From the human T2T-CHM13v2.0 reference genome, Homo sapiens: DNA of 64,000 bases. Position numbers and translations under genes: made by a program. Positions 1-14,620 of this stretch are shown here, in pieces. The number at the start of each line of letters is the position of its first letter. The stretch's first letter is position 1. The notes under the pieces are model-generated. The model searched no databases. It was not told the DNA's origin and saw only the letters and a program-made list of their open reading frames with translations. The stretch lies in NCBI RefSeq assembly GCF_009914755.1, contig NC_060925.1; one strand, 5' to 3'.

Positions 1-2413
1 CTACACTATGTAATTTATTTGATTTATTGGGTATTGTCTATCCCTACTAAAATGTAATCTCCAAAAGAGCAAGGATTAAAAAAAAAAGTTTTTCTCTCCA
101 TTGTTTTTCCAATACCTAGAAGAGAAAATTCTGCACAGCCTGACCCTAGAAGGGGCTTGATTATTTTCGCTAAGGACTTATGGCTAAGTGAGTGATTGAA
201 CTGTGTAACCAACAGGTAGTGATGGAGCCTGAGGGAACTGGTGATTGCATAACTCCTCGCACGCCCCCAAAGCTGACAAAGGCATTCAAATCAAGATTTA
301 AAAGAATACAGTACCTGCCACTCAGAACTCTACTGCAAGCTGGATTATGTCTATGAAGCCCCAGGCTTTGACCCTTGCTCTAAATAGAGCTAAGGATAAA
401 ACCAGGTATGCATCTGACCCTCCAGTTCTCAGTTTGGAGGGTTTCTAAGAAACACCATCTCCCCACCCAATATGGCAGATCTTGCTGATTTAAAACACAT
501 GCAGAATTGAACCATTTCCCACAATAAGAAGAAAGTGATACACAATCCCTTCCCCAAATATTTGTTTGCTGCCCCATAGCTACGAGTTGACAGTTGTTAG
601 ACATGGAACAGGTTACCAAATGAGGTTGCAGAAATCTCTTTCTCTGGAAATTCTTTAGAAGAGCAATGTGCTTTCTCTCTAGCTAGGGAAATTCTCTTGA
701 TTCCAAGCTGTTACAATGAGATTACTGGGCTGCTTTCTTCTTCCATTAATAAGAATATAAAAAAGAATTCTTAGGTCACCAGGTCAAGCCCCAGAGGCCT
801 TCTGGGTAGTGTGACTCTGACAGTCATCTTTCTGGGATGGTTTAGATGGTGTGGGGTGAGGGGTTGGGAATGGCGATGTTCCTCAGCTGTGGATGAGCAT
901 GATCATAAGGCATTTCCTTGTAAGGCTGGGGAAATAGTAGTGGCTACCTAGCTAGATCAGGTTTAAATGCATGCCACAGTTACTCTTCCAGTTTCTTGTG
1001 AGAGGTCTCTGTTTGAAAGATAGAGACGCTGAGTCTTTGTGACTGAAGGCCATGATTGTAATATTGAGCACTCTGTAGGTCTGTTGAGGGGATTCATAAC
1101 ATACATTGAAGAAAATATTTTCCTTGCTCCTACTAGGTTACTCCCGCCATGATTCTTAGAAAGATTTGAGTCTATCCAATTTTTTCTATTCCTACTCTTT
1201 TTGCTTGTCATTTTTATATGTGCTTACGTGACACAGAGAGCAAGCATGCTGTGCTTTGTACATAAAAACATTCCATGAACACAATAAGGCATTGAGTGCA
1301 TTTCCTATCCTATTTTCTATAAAGGTTTACTGGTTTCAAAGTAATTTCAGACTCCACTGATCCCATTCAAAGCCTTTGATTCTTACTTGGGAGGTATCTC
1401 TCACTCAGGAAACTGAGGCTCAGAAAGTTGATGGAGTTAGTGCAGGATTACCTGACCTAGAAGTGGTGGAGTTGGCACCAGAAGGAAGTTCTTTGGACAC
1501 CACATCCTGTGTTTGTTTCTACTCCCAAACTGCCTTGTGGTATGGAGTTTGAGTCATCTATATTTTCTCACCCAAGTCCTCTTTTGACTAACTGCAGACC
1601 TGTGTGAGATGGGCTTACCCAAGTCAGACATGCACTTTCTGGGCACAGAAGCCAATTGGGCCACATAGCAAGTAGAAGTTAGGGCTGGGTGATTGATTGA
1701 TTGGTATCCCACATGGAAAGATTTGAAGCAACTAATTTGCTCTAATATAAACTGCTACTTACTGTGCACTGATGCCAGATGTTGAGCTCATCACACCTTA
1801 TTTTGCTGAATTCTCATATCATTGGGAGATGCAGGTTTAGGTAATAGTTTTGTACTGCCAAGGAAGCTGCTTATCTGACTTCACAAAGTTATATAACTCG
1901 GAAATAGTAGAACCAGATTTCAGACTCAGGTCTTCTGCCCCCAAAGTCGCTGATTTAACTACTATCCAGTGATTTCCAAGCCAAGTTGTAAGGACATTCC
2001 AGGCAGAAATAGCCATACCTGTAAATGCTATAGAAACATGAACCAGCAAAGCAAGAGAGGAGTTGCAATGGCTAGAATTGTGTAACTTGCCTTCAGCCAC
2101 GTAGCCATGGTGGCAGAGCTAGGATTTGAATTCAAGTCTTTGTGACTCATTGTCATGAGGCCATACTGCCTGTCAGGAAATGGGTTTGGTCCTCACACTG
2201 TAAGTCTAGATAGATCAGTGTGGTGAAGGCATCTGGGTATTCACTTGGTACTGTGGGTCAAGGTACTACCAGCAGTCACAGATGGGTCAGCAGCAAGTGT
2301 TCTCTAGATCACATGTCCTTTCCACAGGATGAGTCTCTTGGGCAACAGGAAATTATCTGATGACAGAGGTGAGCAGTATGGTATAATGGAAAGAAAATAG
2401 ACACTGAGTTTGA

Positions 2414-2816
<403 letters not shown>

Positions 2817-4852
2817 CCCACTTGTTTTTCATGAAAAACTAATATTAAATGTTTCTTTTGGAGGGCTTTGTAAGGATTAAATAATATGTATGTCAAACAT
2901 ATGGCACATAGTAGATGTTCAATATATGGCAATGCTTTATTAATATGACTTGAAAAAAATTACTGCTTTTCTTTTTTGGACATTTCTCATAATTATGTGA
3001 AGCTCTTGTTTGAGGAACATGTTAAATAGTAAGAAATGGAATTCTAAATTATAAATCTGGTATTTCCAAACAGGAAAAAAATAATTATATATTTTAAGGT
3101 GAATTTCACTAAATGAGGATGGACATTTTTGAGTTGACTTTTATGGGATTTAAAAGGTTGTAGTCATGTTTTAAGTTAATAGAAACTGGTCGCTCATGCT
3201 TTTTCTATAAAGGAAACCATAGAAACAAAAATAAAAAATAGAATTAATCGATAAATCTATTATTCTACAACTTTAAAAATTATACAAACAAGTGTAAAAT
3301 CTATATCCTCCTCCTGCAGTTCCACCCTCAGGAGCAACCACTATTAACAATTTGTTGCATATTCTTTTTTTTAAAACCTTACTAATATATCATGGATGTC
3401 TTTCCATTTTATCTTTCATAGCTCAACTCGTTTTAAAAGTATTTAACAGCTTGATGTATGATTTATATATCATAAAATCCAGCCATTGTAAATGTATAAT
3501 GCTGTTATTTTGTAAATTTATACAGTGGTGCAATCATCACCTACTCCAGTTTTAGAACACTTATTACTCCAAAAGTTTCCTTACACCTGTTTGCAGTCAA
3601 CCCCAAGCCCCAGTCAGAGGCGCTTTCTGTCTTTATAGGTGTTCTTTTTAGAAATTTTATATAAATAGAATCACATAGCGTGCTTTCTTTTATATCTGGC
3701 TCTTTTCACTTAGCATAATGTTTTTAAGGATCATCCATGTTGTTACATATATCAGTAGTTCCTTTTTCTTGCTGAGTAGTATTCTGTTATATGGATATAC
3801 AATACTTTATTTAACAGTTGGTTAAACTATGATGGATATTTGGTTGGTTTTCAGCTTGGGAATATCAATAATGCTGCTATGAATATTCACATACAATTCT
3901 TTGTGTTGATGTATGTTTTTATTTTATTTTATTTGGTTTGTTAATATTTTGTATTGAAGTTGCCGGGTTGTGTGGTAAGATGTGGCTGTATTTTACATTT
4001 CCATCAGCAATGTATAAGGGCATCACTTTCTCCACAATTCTCTAACACTTGGTATTGTCAGTCTTTGTGATAATATTCTAGTAAGTGTGCAGTAGTATCT
4101 TATTGTGATTTTAATTTGCATTTCCTTAGTGACTAATGATTTGAGCACTTTTTCATGTGTACATTGGCCATTTGTATATTTTCTTTGCAGAAGTGTCCAC
4201 ATCTTTTGCCAATGTTATCATTGGGTTGTTTTTCCTCTTATTATTTGAGTTTTAAAATATATTTTATATGCAAGTATATTATCAGATGTGTTGTTTGCAA
4301 ATATTTTCTTCCAGTCTGTAGCTTGTCTTTTCGTTTTCTAATTGTTTCTTTTGAAGAAAAAGATTTTTAAATTTTGATGAAGTCAAAATTTTTTCTTTTG
4401 TGGGTCTTGCTTGCTTTTTATAAAATCTTCATCTAATGCAAGGTTGCAACAATGTTCTCCTGTTTTCTTCTACACATTTTATATTTTTAGTCTTACATTT
4501 AGGGATGTGATATGTTTTGAGTTAAGTTTTGTGTATGGTGTGAGGTAAGAGTCTAAGTTCTTTTTTGCATATAGTCATATAGTTCTAGCATCACTGTCAA
4601 ATAGTCTGTCCTTTCCCCCATTAAATTATATAGGCACATTTACCAAAGCCAATTGCCATAAATGGGTTTACTTCTTATATCTCTGTTCTATTGATTTATA
4701 AATTTATCCTTATACCAATACCACATAAACTTAGGAATGCTAGTTTTATAGTAAGTTTTGAAGTCAGATAGCATATATTTTCCAAGTTCTTTCTATTCAA
4801 TTTTGTCAGTTTCTACAAATAAGTAGATAAATAAATAAATAAAACCTGCTAG

Positions 4853-5121
4853 TTTTTTTTTTTTTTTCACTTTAAGTTTTGGGATACATGTGCAGAAAGT
4901 GCAGGTTTGTTACATAGGTATACATGTGCCATGGTGGTTTGTTGCACCCATCAACCCATCATCTAGGTTTTAAGCCCCACATGCATTAGGTATTTGTCCA
5001 ATGCTCTCCCTCCCCTTGCCCCGCACCCCCTGACAGGCCCCAGTGTGTGATGTTGCCCTCCCTGTGTCCATGTGTTCTCATTGTTCAACTCCCACTTATG
5101 AGTGAGAACATGCGGTGTTAG
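4853..5121 (-). mobile_element. 5'-truncated L1PA (L1PA8-like) 3' end
   Basis: Poly-T followed by antisense L1 3'UTR; exact 12-nt TSD AAAACCTGCTAG at 4841-4852 and 5122-5133. Confidence 0.9.
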
Positions 5122-5312
5122 AAAACCTGCTAGGATTTTAATGGAGTTGTGGAGAATCTGTAGGTTAATTTGAAGAGATTACCATCTGAACAATGTTGAA
5201 TTTTCCATTTTACGAGTGTGACATATTTCTCCAATTTTTAGCTCTTCATAGCAATGTTTGGTAGTTGTCAGAGTATAGGTCTTGAACTTCTTGTGATATG
5301 TTAATTCCTGAA

Positions 5313-5967
5313 TGTATTTGTCAGGTTTCTCCAGAGGGACAAGGCCAGTAGGAAATATATATGTATATGTACATGTATGTATATGTATATATTCATATAT
5401 ATATATTTATATGTATATAGTCATATATATATATATATATATGAAAGAAAGTTTGTTAGGGAGAATTGGATCACATGATTAAAAATGTGAAGTTCCACAA
5501 TAGGTCATCCGTAAGCTAGGGAATGCCAGTAGTGTGGCTCAGTTCAAGTCCAAAAGCCTTGAAACCAGGGAAGCCGACAATGCAGTCCTGAATAAGTCTG
5601 AGGGTGAAGGCCTGAGAGCCCCAGGCAGGCTGCTAGTGCAAGACCTAGAGTCCAAAGGAAGATGAACCTGGAGTCTGATGTCTAAGGGCAGGAGGAGAAA
5701 AGGTGCCTCACTGCAAAAGGGAGAGAGGGAGGAAGGTAAGCAATCTGAGTATCCCCCTTGTTCCACCTGCTTTGTTCTAATCACACCCATTACTGATTAG
5801 ATGGTGCCCACTCACATCAAGGGTGGCTCTTCCTCTCCCAGTCCACTGACTCCACATGTCAATCTCCTCTGGAAACACCCTCACAGACACACCCAGAAAC
5901 AGTGCTTCACTAACCAGCTAGGCATCCCTCAATCCAGTCCAGTTGATATCTAATATTGAGCATCACA
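5313..5967 (-). mobile_element. MLT2-family (ERVL) solo LTR with internal TA-rich microsatellite
   Basis: TGT...ACA termini (TGTATTTGTCAGG / GAGCATCACA); 5-bp TSD CTGAA/CTGAG; TA-rich tract about 5354-5442. Confidence 0.85.
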
Positions 5968-7315
5968 CTGAGTATTTCACTTTTTGATGCTATTGTGAAT
6001 GGGATTATTTTCTTAATTTTATTTTTTATCTTTTAGTTGCTATTAAGTAGAAATCCAGTTGATATTTATATGTTAGTCTTGCATCCTCTCATCTTACTAA
6101 AATTGCTTATTAGTTCTAGTAATTTTTTTAGCTTGTAGATTCTTTAGGATTTTCTGCATATGAGATCATGTCATCTGCAAAGAAAGACACTTTAACTTCT
6201 TTTCTAATCTGTATGCTTTTAATTTACTTTTCTCACTTTATTGCAATGGCTAGAAGCTCAAGTATAAGGTTGAATAGAAGTGGTAAAAGTGAACATCCTT
6301 GCTTCATTTCTGATGGGGGAAAGCATTCATGTTACCATTAAGTATGATGTTAGCTGTAGGTTTTTGTAGATGCTCCTTATCAGGTTGTAGAAGTTCTCTT
6401 CTATGTCTGGTTTATTGAATGTTATATTTGGAGGGTAGGGGTTCTTTTTTCTGCATCTGTTGAGATGATCATTTGGTGTTTGTACTTTGTTCTGTTAATG
6501 TGCGTATTCCATTAATTAATTTATGGATATTAAACCACTCTTGCATTCCTGGGATGACTCCACATAGTCATGGTATATAAAGGAAAGTTTTACATGCTGG
6601 AAGATTTCGTTTGTTAATATTTTGTTAAGGATTTTTACTATGTTCATGATAAATATTAGTCTGTAGTGTCCTTTTCTTATGTATTTGCTTGACTTTGGTA
6701 TCAGGGTAATACTGGCTATGTAATATTTGTTGGAAAGTGTTCCCTTCTTCACTGTATTTTAGACAAGTTTGTGTAGCATTGGTACCATCTCTTCCTTAAA
6801 TGTTTGATAAAATTTCCCAGTGAAGCATTTGGACCTGTAGTTTTTTTATTTTTTGTGGGAATGTTTTAAGCACAAATTTGATTTTTCAAAAAAAAAGTGC
6901 TTCTCAATTTTTCACATGGCTTTGGCCAATTTCCATAACCCCAAAATGGTGGTTTTTGATAGTTTTGTCCAGTTTATTAGTTTTATTTTGCTAAGAGGAT
7001 TTTTTGACTTCACACCGCCACACCCAGCAGTTGCCTCTCTACCTCTTTTTAAAAAAAATCTGTATAGTATTTCATTTTACAAACATGCCATAATTTATTT
7101 AATAAAAATAGTTTTTTCACTTTTAAAATATAGTCTGAGCAGTGCTGAAGCTAACCTTCTTCTATATATAACTTTACTTACTTTTGCTAATAAGATACGT
7201 GCATTTTTAATTTTAATAAATGTCAAATTATTCTCCAAAGTTTGTTGTCATTAATTATATTGTTAGAATAATCTCCAAGAAGGTCCACTTCTGCATATAT
7301 TGCCACTACCATATA

Positions 7316-7664
7316 CAGGTTAAGCAACCCTACTCTGAAACTAAAATGCACCATAATTCAAAACTTTTTGAGTGGCATTGTGACGCCACACATGGATGTC
7401 TAAGATAGTAACATTTTTGTTTTCTGATGATTCAGTGTACATAAACTTTGTTTCATGCACAAAATCATTAAAAATATTGTATAAAATTACCTTCAGGCTA
7501 TGTGTGTAAGGTATATATGAAACATATATGAATTTTGTGTTTAGACTTGGGTTTCATCCTCAAGATATCTCATTATGTTATATACAAATATTCCAAAATC
7601 TGAAAAATTCTGAAATCTGAAATGCTTTTGATCACAAGCATTTCAGGTAAGTAATAACAGCCTG
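7316..7664. mobile_element. Tigger4/Zombi-type non-autonomous DNA transposon
   Basis: CAGG...CCTG termini flanked by TA; internal sequence resembles Tigger4b. Confidence 0.8.
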
Positions 7665-7828
7665 TAGTATTAATCTTTTATATTTTTGCCAATATGAAAA
7701 GCAAACAGTTTGATATCTTTTTGTTTGTACTTATCTAATTGGAGGTGGGAATCTTCTCATATGCTCTTTGACCATTTCTTTTTATTTTATGAGGTGACTT
7801 TTTATTCCTTTGCTTAATTTCCAATTAT

Positions 7829-8136
<308 letters not shown>

Positions 8137-8331
8137 TTAATTTCCAGTTAGTTTGGTTCTTTTTTTCTTATTTATAGGATCTTTTGGGATTATAGTGATA
8201 CTAAATTTTTATCTGTTTTATGTTGTAAAGATTTTTTTCTATTCTGTCATTCCTTCCTTCTAGTTGTAACTGTTTTCAATCTTTAAAGACCCTGGTGTTG
8301 TAATTTATGTTTTTATTTGTTTTTAAAACAG

Positions 8332-8443
8332 AAAGTTGTACAAGGGATTGATTTAAACCAAATTCGAGGACTTGGGTTTGATGCCACGTGTTCTCTGGTT
8401 GTTTTGGATAAGCAGTTTCACCCATTACCAGTCAACCAGGAAG
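8332..8443 (+). CDS. FGGY: FGGY internal coding exon, 112 nt (probably exon 3): [37 protein letters not shown]+G
   Basis: T-rich tract and CAG acceptor (8329-8331); donor AAG|GTAAGA at 8444. Hand translation gives the FGGY-family motif [11 protein letters not shown]. Ends in phase 1, matching the next exon. Too short for the ORF track. Confidence 0.96.
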
Positions 8444-11400
8444 GTAAGACCATGTCTCTTCCTTTTCCCAGTGGTGGGATACTTGGCTGATTAATCCAAT
8501 GGGCCCAGGTGGAACAGGAGGGCAGGCGTCTCTTGCTGCTGATAGTAAAATTTAGAGGTAGAGTGAAGTGACACAGATCATGTTGCAGAAGTCAAGAGCT
8601 TGGAGAGCAGTTGGTATGAGTGGGGTGGTGTTGACGCTGGATTAGGGGGACTAGGCTTTCTAAAACTCAGGAGCCACAGTGCAGAGCTTGGTAAAGGAAG
8701 GATATGAGATTGTTAGCTAGGAGTGATTAACCTTGAAACACACAGGTGGTTTTGATGTTTTCTGAGAAGAGAGTGTCAGTGCTTGCAGTTTCTTTGTATA
8801 CGATATTCCTATTCCGTGCTTATCTGAGTGGATGAGCCAAGTCCTTTGAAAGGAAATGGAACATGGTAGACAGGGCCATGTGACAGATAGAAGGTAGAAG
8901 CAGATGGCCTCTCTATTTTCAGTAGCCAGACCAAAAGACATTCACATTAAATGGTGTTGTCCTAATAGACACTTGTGAGTACAGAAATGAGCTGTTTGAA
9001 ATGTAAAGTGCTACTTGGGTCCACCATCAGAGATTTTTCACAGCAGATAAGGTTGTCCCTTTTGGGGAATTTTAGCCAATAACGTTTGTACTGGGGTTAC
9101 AAACCCGAAAGTCTATTAATATATTAATGTAATAATTAATACATTAGTCAGATGGGTAATGTAAATGAGTAATAGGCCAGGTTTGAGAAAAACCACTGCA
9201 CCTGTGTGAAGATAAATTTCAACTGATATTTAACCTTGTAATGAGCAGATGACATTAGGGAGCAGTGGAGGCTGCATTGCACTGGAAATTGCATGCTCCA
9301 TCTGAAGGGAAGGGCCAGCTCTAGGCATTGTCAGTCAGCTGTTGCCAAGATAGCCATTGCAAACATATTTGGGGCTAGATTCTGTTAGAGAACCCTTGAT
9401 TCTGCACACTGTTGCAGCAGCATCTTTCTTAACTGTTGGCTATGAGGTAGTAGGGTACATTGATACACAGTGGAATTAGAGTTAGGCGGGGACTCTGATT
9501 GTAGCTCTGCTGTTGCTGAGCTGTGACACCTTGGGCAAGCCACTTAACTCTGTGTTTCTCAGTTTTCTTCTCTGAAAGAATTTGAATGAATCAGTAGCTT
9601 TGCTGTGAGAATTTAGTGAGAGACTGATACTTAAAATGCTCAGAAAAGTTTCTTCCATCAGATGATGAATTTTTTAAGTTAAGAGAATATTCCGGTCACT
9701 ACTGTGGACCTAATGTATGAAATAGTGATTATTATAATTATAAGGACTATAAATGATCATCTATTTGCATCCCTTTTCACTATAAGTGATCACTATAAAT
9801 AATCATAATCACTATGTGCTGAAAATGGATGCAAATAGATGAATGATTAGAGCACAGTGGTAATGATGACCATTTTCTGCACAGACACACACACTTTTTT
9901 CCCTCTTCTTGCGACATTTATTAACACCTCCTGTGTTCCAAGCCCTGTCTTAGCAAATGCTGGGGCTTCAAAGATAAATCAGGACGGTTCTTTTTCTTGG
10001 TGGCTGTTCATTGGCTCAGTTGGCACTGTTCTGGCCCAGGACAGGGCAGCCTTGTTCTGAGCCATTTCAGAAAGCAGAGACCAAACCTGGGTAGAGCAAA
10101 CCTCAGCTCTGCAGCAGCAAGCATTCACTAATTACAAGATGTGGCCAGCCACAGACCTGGCCGTTTTGGGAGGCTGTCAGTATATCTTTTATGGGCTTTA
10201 TTTAAGTAAAGGTCAGGTGATTGTTTGGGATGCCATAGATCAGATGTCTCTTACTGTTGATAGTGAGATTTAGAGGCAGAGTGTGGAGGCTAGAAATCAC
10301 CGTCCCAGAAGTTAAAAGCCTGGAGAGCAATTGGCACGAGTGGGGTGGTGTTGGGGGCAGAGTTAGAGGGAACTTGGTTCCATAAAGCACAAGAGCCATG
10401 TTAGAGAGCCTGATTTTGGGTGGAACTTTAGATACTAAGAGTCCTGTTTCAAGGATTTTGTATCATCTGATCTGCTAAAATACATGTTTACTTATTTATT
10501 TTTATTCTGGCTGTGCATTAGTATCAACTGGAGATCTTTTTAAAAATTGCCAATTCATGAGCCCTACCCTCAGGATTTGTATTCACTTGACTTGAGGTGG
10601 AGCTAGGGTGTCAACTTTTTAAAAAAGTTTTCTCAGTAAGTCTAGTATGTAGAGAATCACTGGGGACAGATTAACGGAGAATTAAAATATTAGGAACAGA
10701 ACACTTGAAGTGGAAGAAGACAGTTCCTTGTTAAATTTGCTTAAATATGTACCCTCTTTGGATGCTATTTTTCTTTCATTGTAGGTAGAATGGCTTCCTG
10801 TTAACAAATCCTCTATTAAAAAGGTAACTAGGTTATCACTCTAATTATAAGTGTTGAAATAACTTTATTCCACCTAAAAGGTTAAAGTGTACCCATTCAT
10901 CAAATGCATCCAGCTGCAGGTGCCCTCATCAGTTTCTTGCCTTTCAACAGATTGTATTAAGGTTAGATCTTTTATCTGAAATGAATTATCCTGTGCAAGA
11001 AAATGAAATTAGAATTATAAAGGTGGTTTGAAGGTTCTTTAGAGACTCCTACCTGCATGGCAGCGACCAACTCTTGATTGGCTAATGGGAGTAATTGTGA
11101 GGAGCAGAGAGTGGGGTCAGGAAGATTCCAGATAACCCTAATCATGCAGATAACCTAAAACCAAACCCATAAGACCAGCAAAAGTATTGCCGTCTTTAGA
11201 TGTTAACCAAAAAATTATAAACGAATAAATTAAGTACAATAGTTTAAGAAAATTCAGCATTAGTCTATGATAAAATAGTCTCATTTGCCTTTCCTTGTTT
11301 GACTCTTCTTCCTTAAAGATCAGAACAACCCCTGGGCTGGACAGCAGCACAGTTGCTGAATGCTTCCTACCCCTGCCACTGACCAAACTCAGAGCCTTAC

Positions 11401-12944
11401 CCTGATTGTGTCATCTCAGCCATAGGAGCTCTTGGGAGGGAGAGGAACAAAGGGTGATAATTGGGGCTGGGAGAGGGAGTTATGACCTAGTCTCCTCTGT
11501 GCAACAGATACCTAATGTTTAGATTTTTTTGCTGATTCATAATATTTTTTCCCCTCAAGTATGCCTGCAACACATTCTGTGAACATAAACATGTATTTTA
11601 GCAAGGTATTAATTAAGTGAATATATGGATGAATAATCTACCCTTAGGTAAAGTGAGGTAGCTCAAATGTAACTTTACCTCCAATTCTCTTAAACGACAA
11701 CATTTTTGTGGGTCTGTGTTCTGTTTCCCATGCTGCCTTATTGTATAGAACCTCTTTCTCACTCTTTCCTCACCTGCCTAGCCATTGGCTAGTCATTTGA
11801 AGAATTAAATAAACACTTTCCTGCCTTTTGAAAGCTTTCTGTGCAGCTCCAGGCTCAGCTAACTAGAGCCTGCTCTTTGCTCCTCCTCCACATTCCCATG
11901 TCTGGTACTCTTGTTCTGGCAGTCAACACACAGTATAGACTCTTTCTCCTGCAGACATATGTTGCTTAAGGGCAGAACTGTGGCACATTCTTCTTGATAT
12001 CCTAGCATCCAACACTGTGCTTGGCATGTAGTAGATGCTCAATAAAAGATTAAATGAACTTTCAGTTTTCCATAAGAGCTGAAAAAAATTAACTTCTCAG
12101 TTTTTATCTAAAACGAAAATTATTAATTCTAATACAGTAATGATTCTGTACAATTTTCATTGTATTGTTCTGACTGCATTTTGAGAGCATCTTTATGTAG
12201 AGGCAGTAGTAGCTGATTGGTCTGTCTTTACTATAGGCAGAAGTTTAGCAACAGGTATTTTTACCTTAAAGTAGCTGTAGATTTGTTCTGTACAGTACTT
12301 AAGAAACAATACTGATATTGTCCCCTTCAACACTCACCCACCCACACATACACCCACATCCTGATTCATTGATGGTTGTGGAATAGGAGCTGGACATCAG
12401 TATTTTTAAAAGTTATCAAGGCGACGCTAATGTGCAACTAGGTTTGAGAACTAGAGCTTTGAGCACTTCTGTTAGATAGAGGAACAATTCTGTTTACAAA
12501 AAATTCTTTGACATTCCTGTGGAAGGTCCCATGTACTCTGTATTATTTTCAAAGTATTAGTATAATGGTTTGTGGAGCTTTTGTGGGAGGTGATATCTTT
12601 CCAGTTAGGCAACTGAGCCCCTGCCTTGTTATGCCCATGACCTTATTTAGGTATCTTCTTACATTGGCTTTTTTTGTTGTTTTTTTTTTTGGTTTTAATT
12701 TTAAACATTCTTTTCAAAGATGTGGAAGGGTAAAGAAAGCAACATCTTCCTATTCGCCTACCACTGAGGATAAACATGAAATTTTGCCATATTTGCCTCA
12801 GCTCCTTTTATTTTAAAAAAAGATATTTGTAACTTCAGCTTTTCACCTCCTGCAGGTAACCATTCTGCTGTAGTTGCTGTTCTTAAACACATTGTTTTTG
12901 TGCTTTTACTACATATGTGTATACCCACAACAACAAACAGTATA

Positions 12945-13274
12945 CAATCCTTCCTCTGTATCTGAGGGGTACTTGTTCCAGGACCTCCTTAAGACCATAA
13001 CCCACAGATACTCAAGTCCCTGATGTAAAATGGCATCGTATTTGCGTATAACCTATGTACGTCTTCCCATGTACTTCAGATAATCTCTAGGTTACTTATA
13101 ATACCTAATGTTAGGTAAATACTTGTTATACTATATTGTTTAGGGAATAATGGCAAGTAAAAAAGTCTGTACACATTCAGTACAGATGCAACCATCCATT
13201 TAAAAAAATATATTTTCAATCCACGGTTGGTTGAATCCACAGATGCAGAACTCACAGACATGGAGGGCTGACTC
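12945..13274. mobile_element. MER2 (TcMar-Tigger) DNA transposon
   Basis: Matches recalled MER2 consensus (GTAAAATGGCATCGTATTTGC...GTTGGTTGAATCCACAGATGCAGAAC...GGAGGGCTGACT). Confidence 0.8.
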
Positions 13275-14620
13275 TGTGTTTTAAAGTATCTCAGCTGGTG
13301 TCCTTGTTCATGTTACTATGTCTAACTCTAGTTTATTCATTTAAGAATTGATTTATCTGTTCTCTATGCAGATCTAGTTCCAAAATACACTTTGTGCATT
13401 TCCCAGCTGTGAGACATTGGGTACGTCTTCACTTTCAAGAGTCTGTCATTGAAAAACAGGGGTTAAAAACCTGTATCAGAGGGTTGTTTTGAGGATTAAA
13501 TGTGATGATATGTGTAAAATGTTTAGCACAGGGCTTGGGAGACAAACACACATTACAAACATTTACTATTAGCAAGATATGTAGTGCTGCGGTTACTTTG
13601 CCATTAAATAAAATAATGTGTGAAAATATAATACCTGGTTTGGTAACTGCTGGGTTTCTTTTCTCTTTGCCCTAATAATCTCTCGGGTATATTAATTGCT
13701 GTTCTGCAACTTTTGCCATCAGAGGCATCAGAGGGCTGTTAAAGGATTTCTGGCTTGCCCATTGGTACAGGATGAATTAACAGAGGCTGGGGAGAGAGAT
13801 AAGGAGTTACTGTGTGGACTACAGGGTGGTAAGGCAGGATATGAGGGGCAGTGCTCCTTTTCCAGCTGGTTTTAAATTCTCCTCCTTATGATTTTCTCCT
13901 CCTGAGGGCCTACTTTCTGAGAAGTACTTGCCATATCCTTTATGTGCATTATCTTTTGTTTAAAAACTTCCTGAATTATACATCTTCATCTGTAACTGTA
14001 TCTTCATCTGTAACTAGCATTCCCTGTTAGATCTGCCTAATTCCAAAACCCATGAGCTTCCCACGCCAGCAAACAAGCCAACCAAATGAGGAAAAAAAAA
14101 AACACCTACATAAACTAATTTTAATTAAAGTGACCAGAAAAAGTGGGAATATAAGCAGTTAAATGCCATTGTTTAGCTATTAGATGTATTATACCGTCAA
14201 AGTATTTATCCATATTTAAAGGAGACAGATCTTAGAAAGTATTGTCTTAGTCTTATTTCATAGACACCTTTCCTGAATGTATGCCCAGAAAAGTTTTTCT
14301 AGAACAGAAGGGATAAGAAAGGAAGGGAAGAATTTGAGAGAGAATACTTGATAATATAATTAATTGGTAGATGTTTTCTGCTTTTAATGTAGACATTTAT
14401 TCTAAGGTCATGGTCAGAGAACACATGACTGGACGGGAAATTCCAGGCCTGGGGACAGTGCTTTCCTCAGCCTTGCTGGTGTCCTTTCATTTTGCACACT
14501 CTTGATACATAAAATTATAGAAAGTACATAGCATTTTGATCTTGGGAATCCATAATTGTTCCCTTGAATTAGAAGGAAGAGAATGTGTGTCCATCTGCAT
14601 CTCCCTCTCGTTTCTGCTAG

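Larger units (their letters stand above)
3440..6840 (-). mobile_element. Old L1M (L1MB/MC-like) fragment, interrupted by a younger L1PA and an LTR; ends approximate
   Basis: Decayed antisense L1 3' and ORF2 sequence. ORF 6516..6752 resembles ORF2 (ASITLIPK...MNIVKILNKIL). Confidence 0.8.

Noticed and set aside
6853-7254. 133-aa ORF
   Set aside because: AT-rich, non-ATG start, lies among decayed repeats; no protein family similarity that I can recognise.
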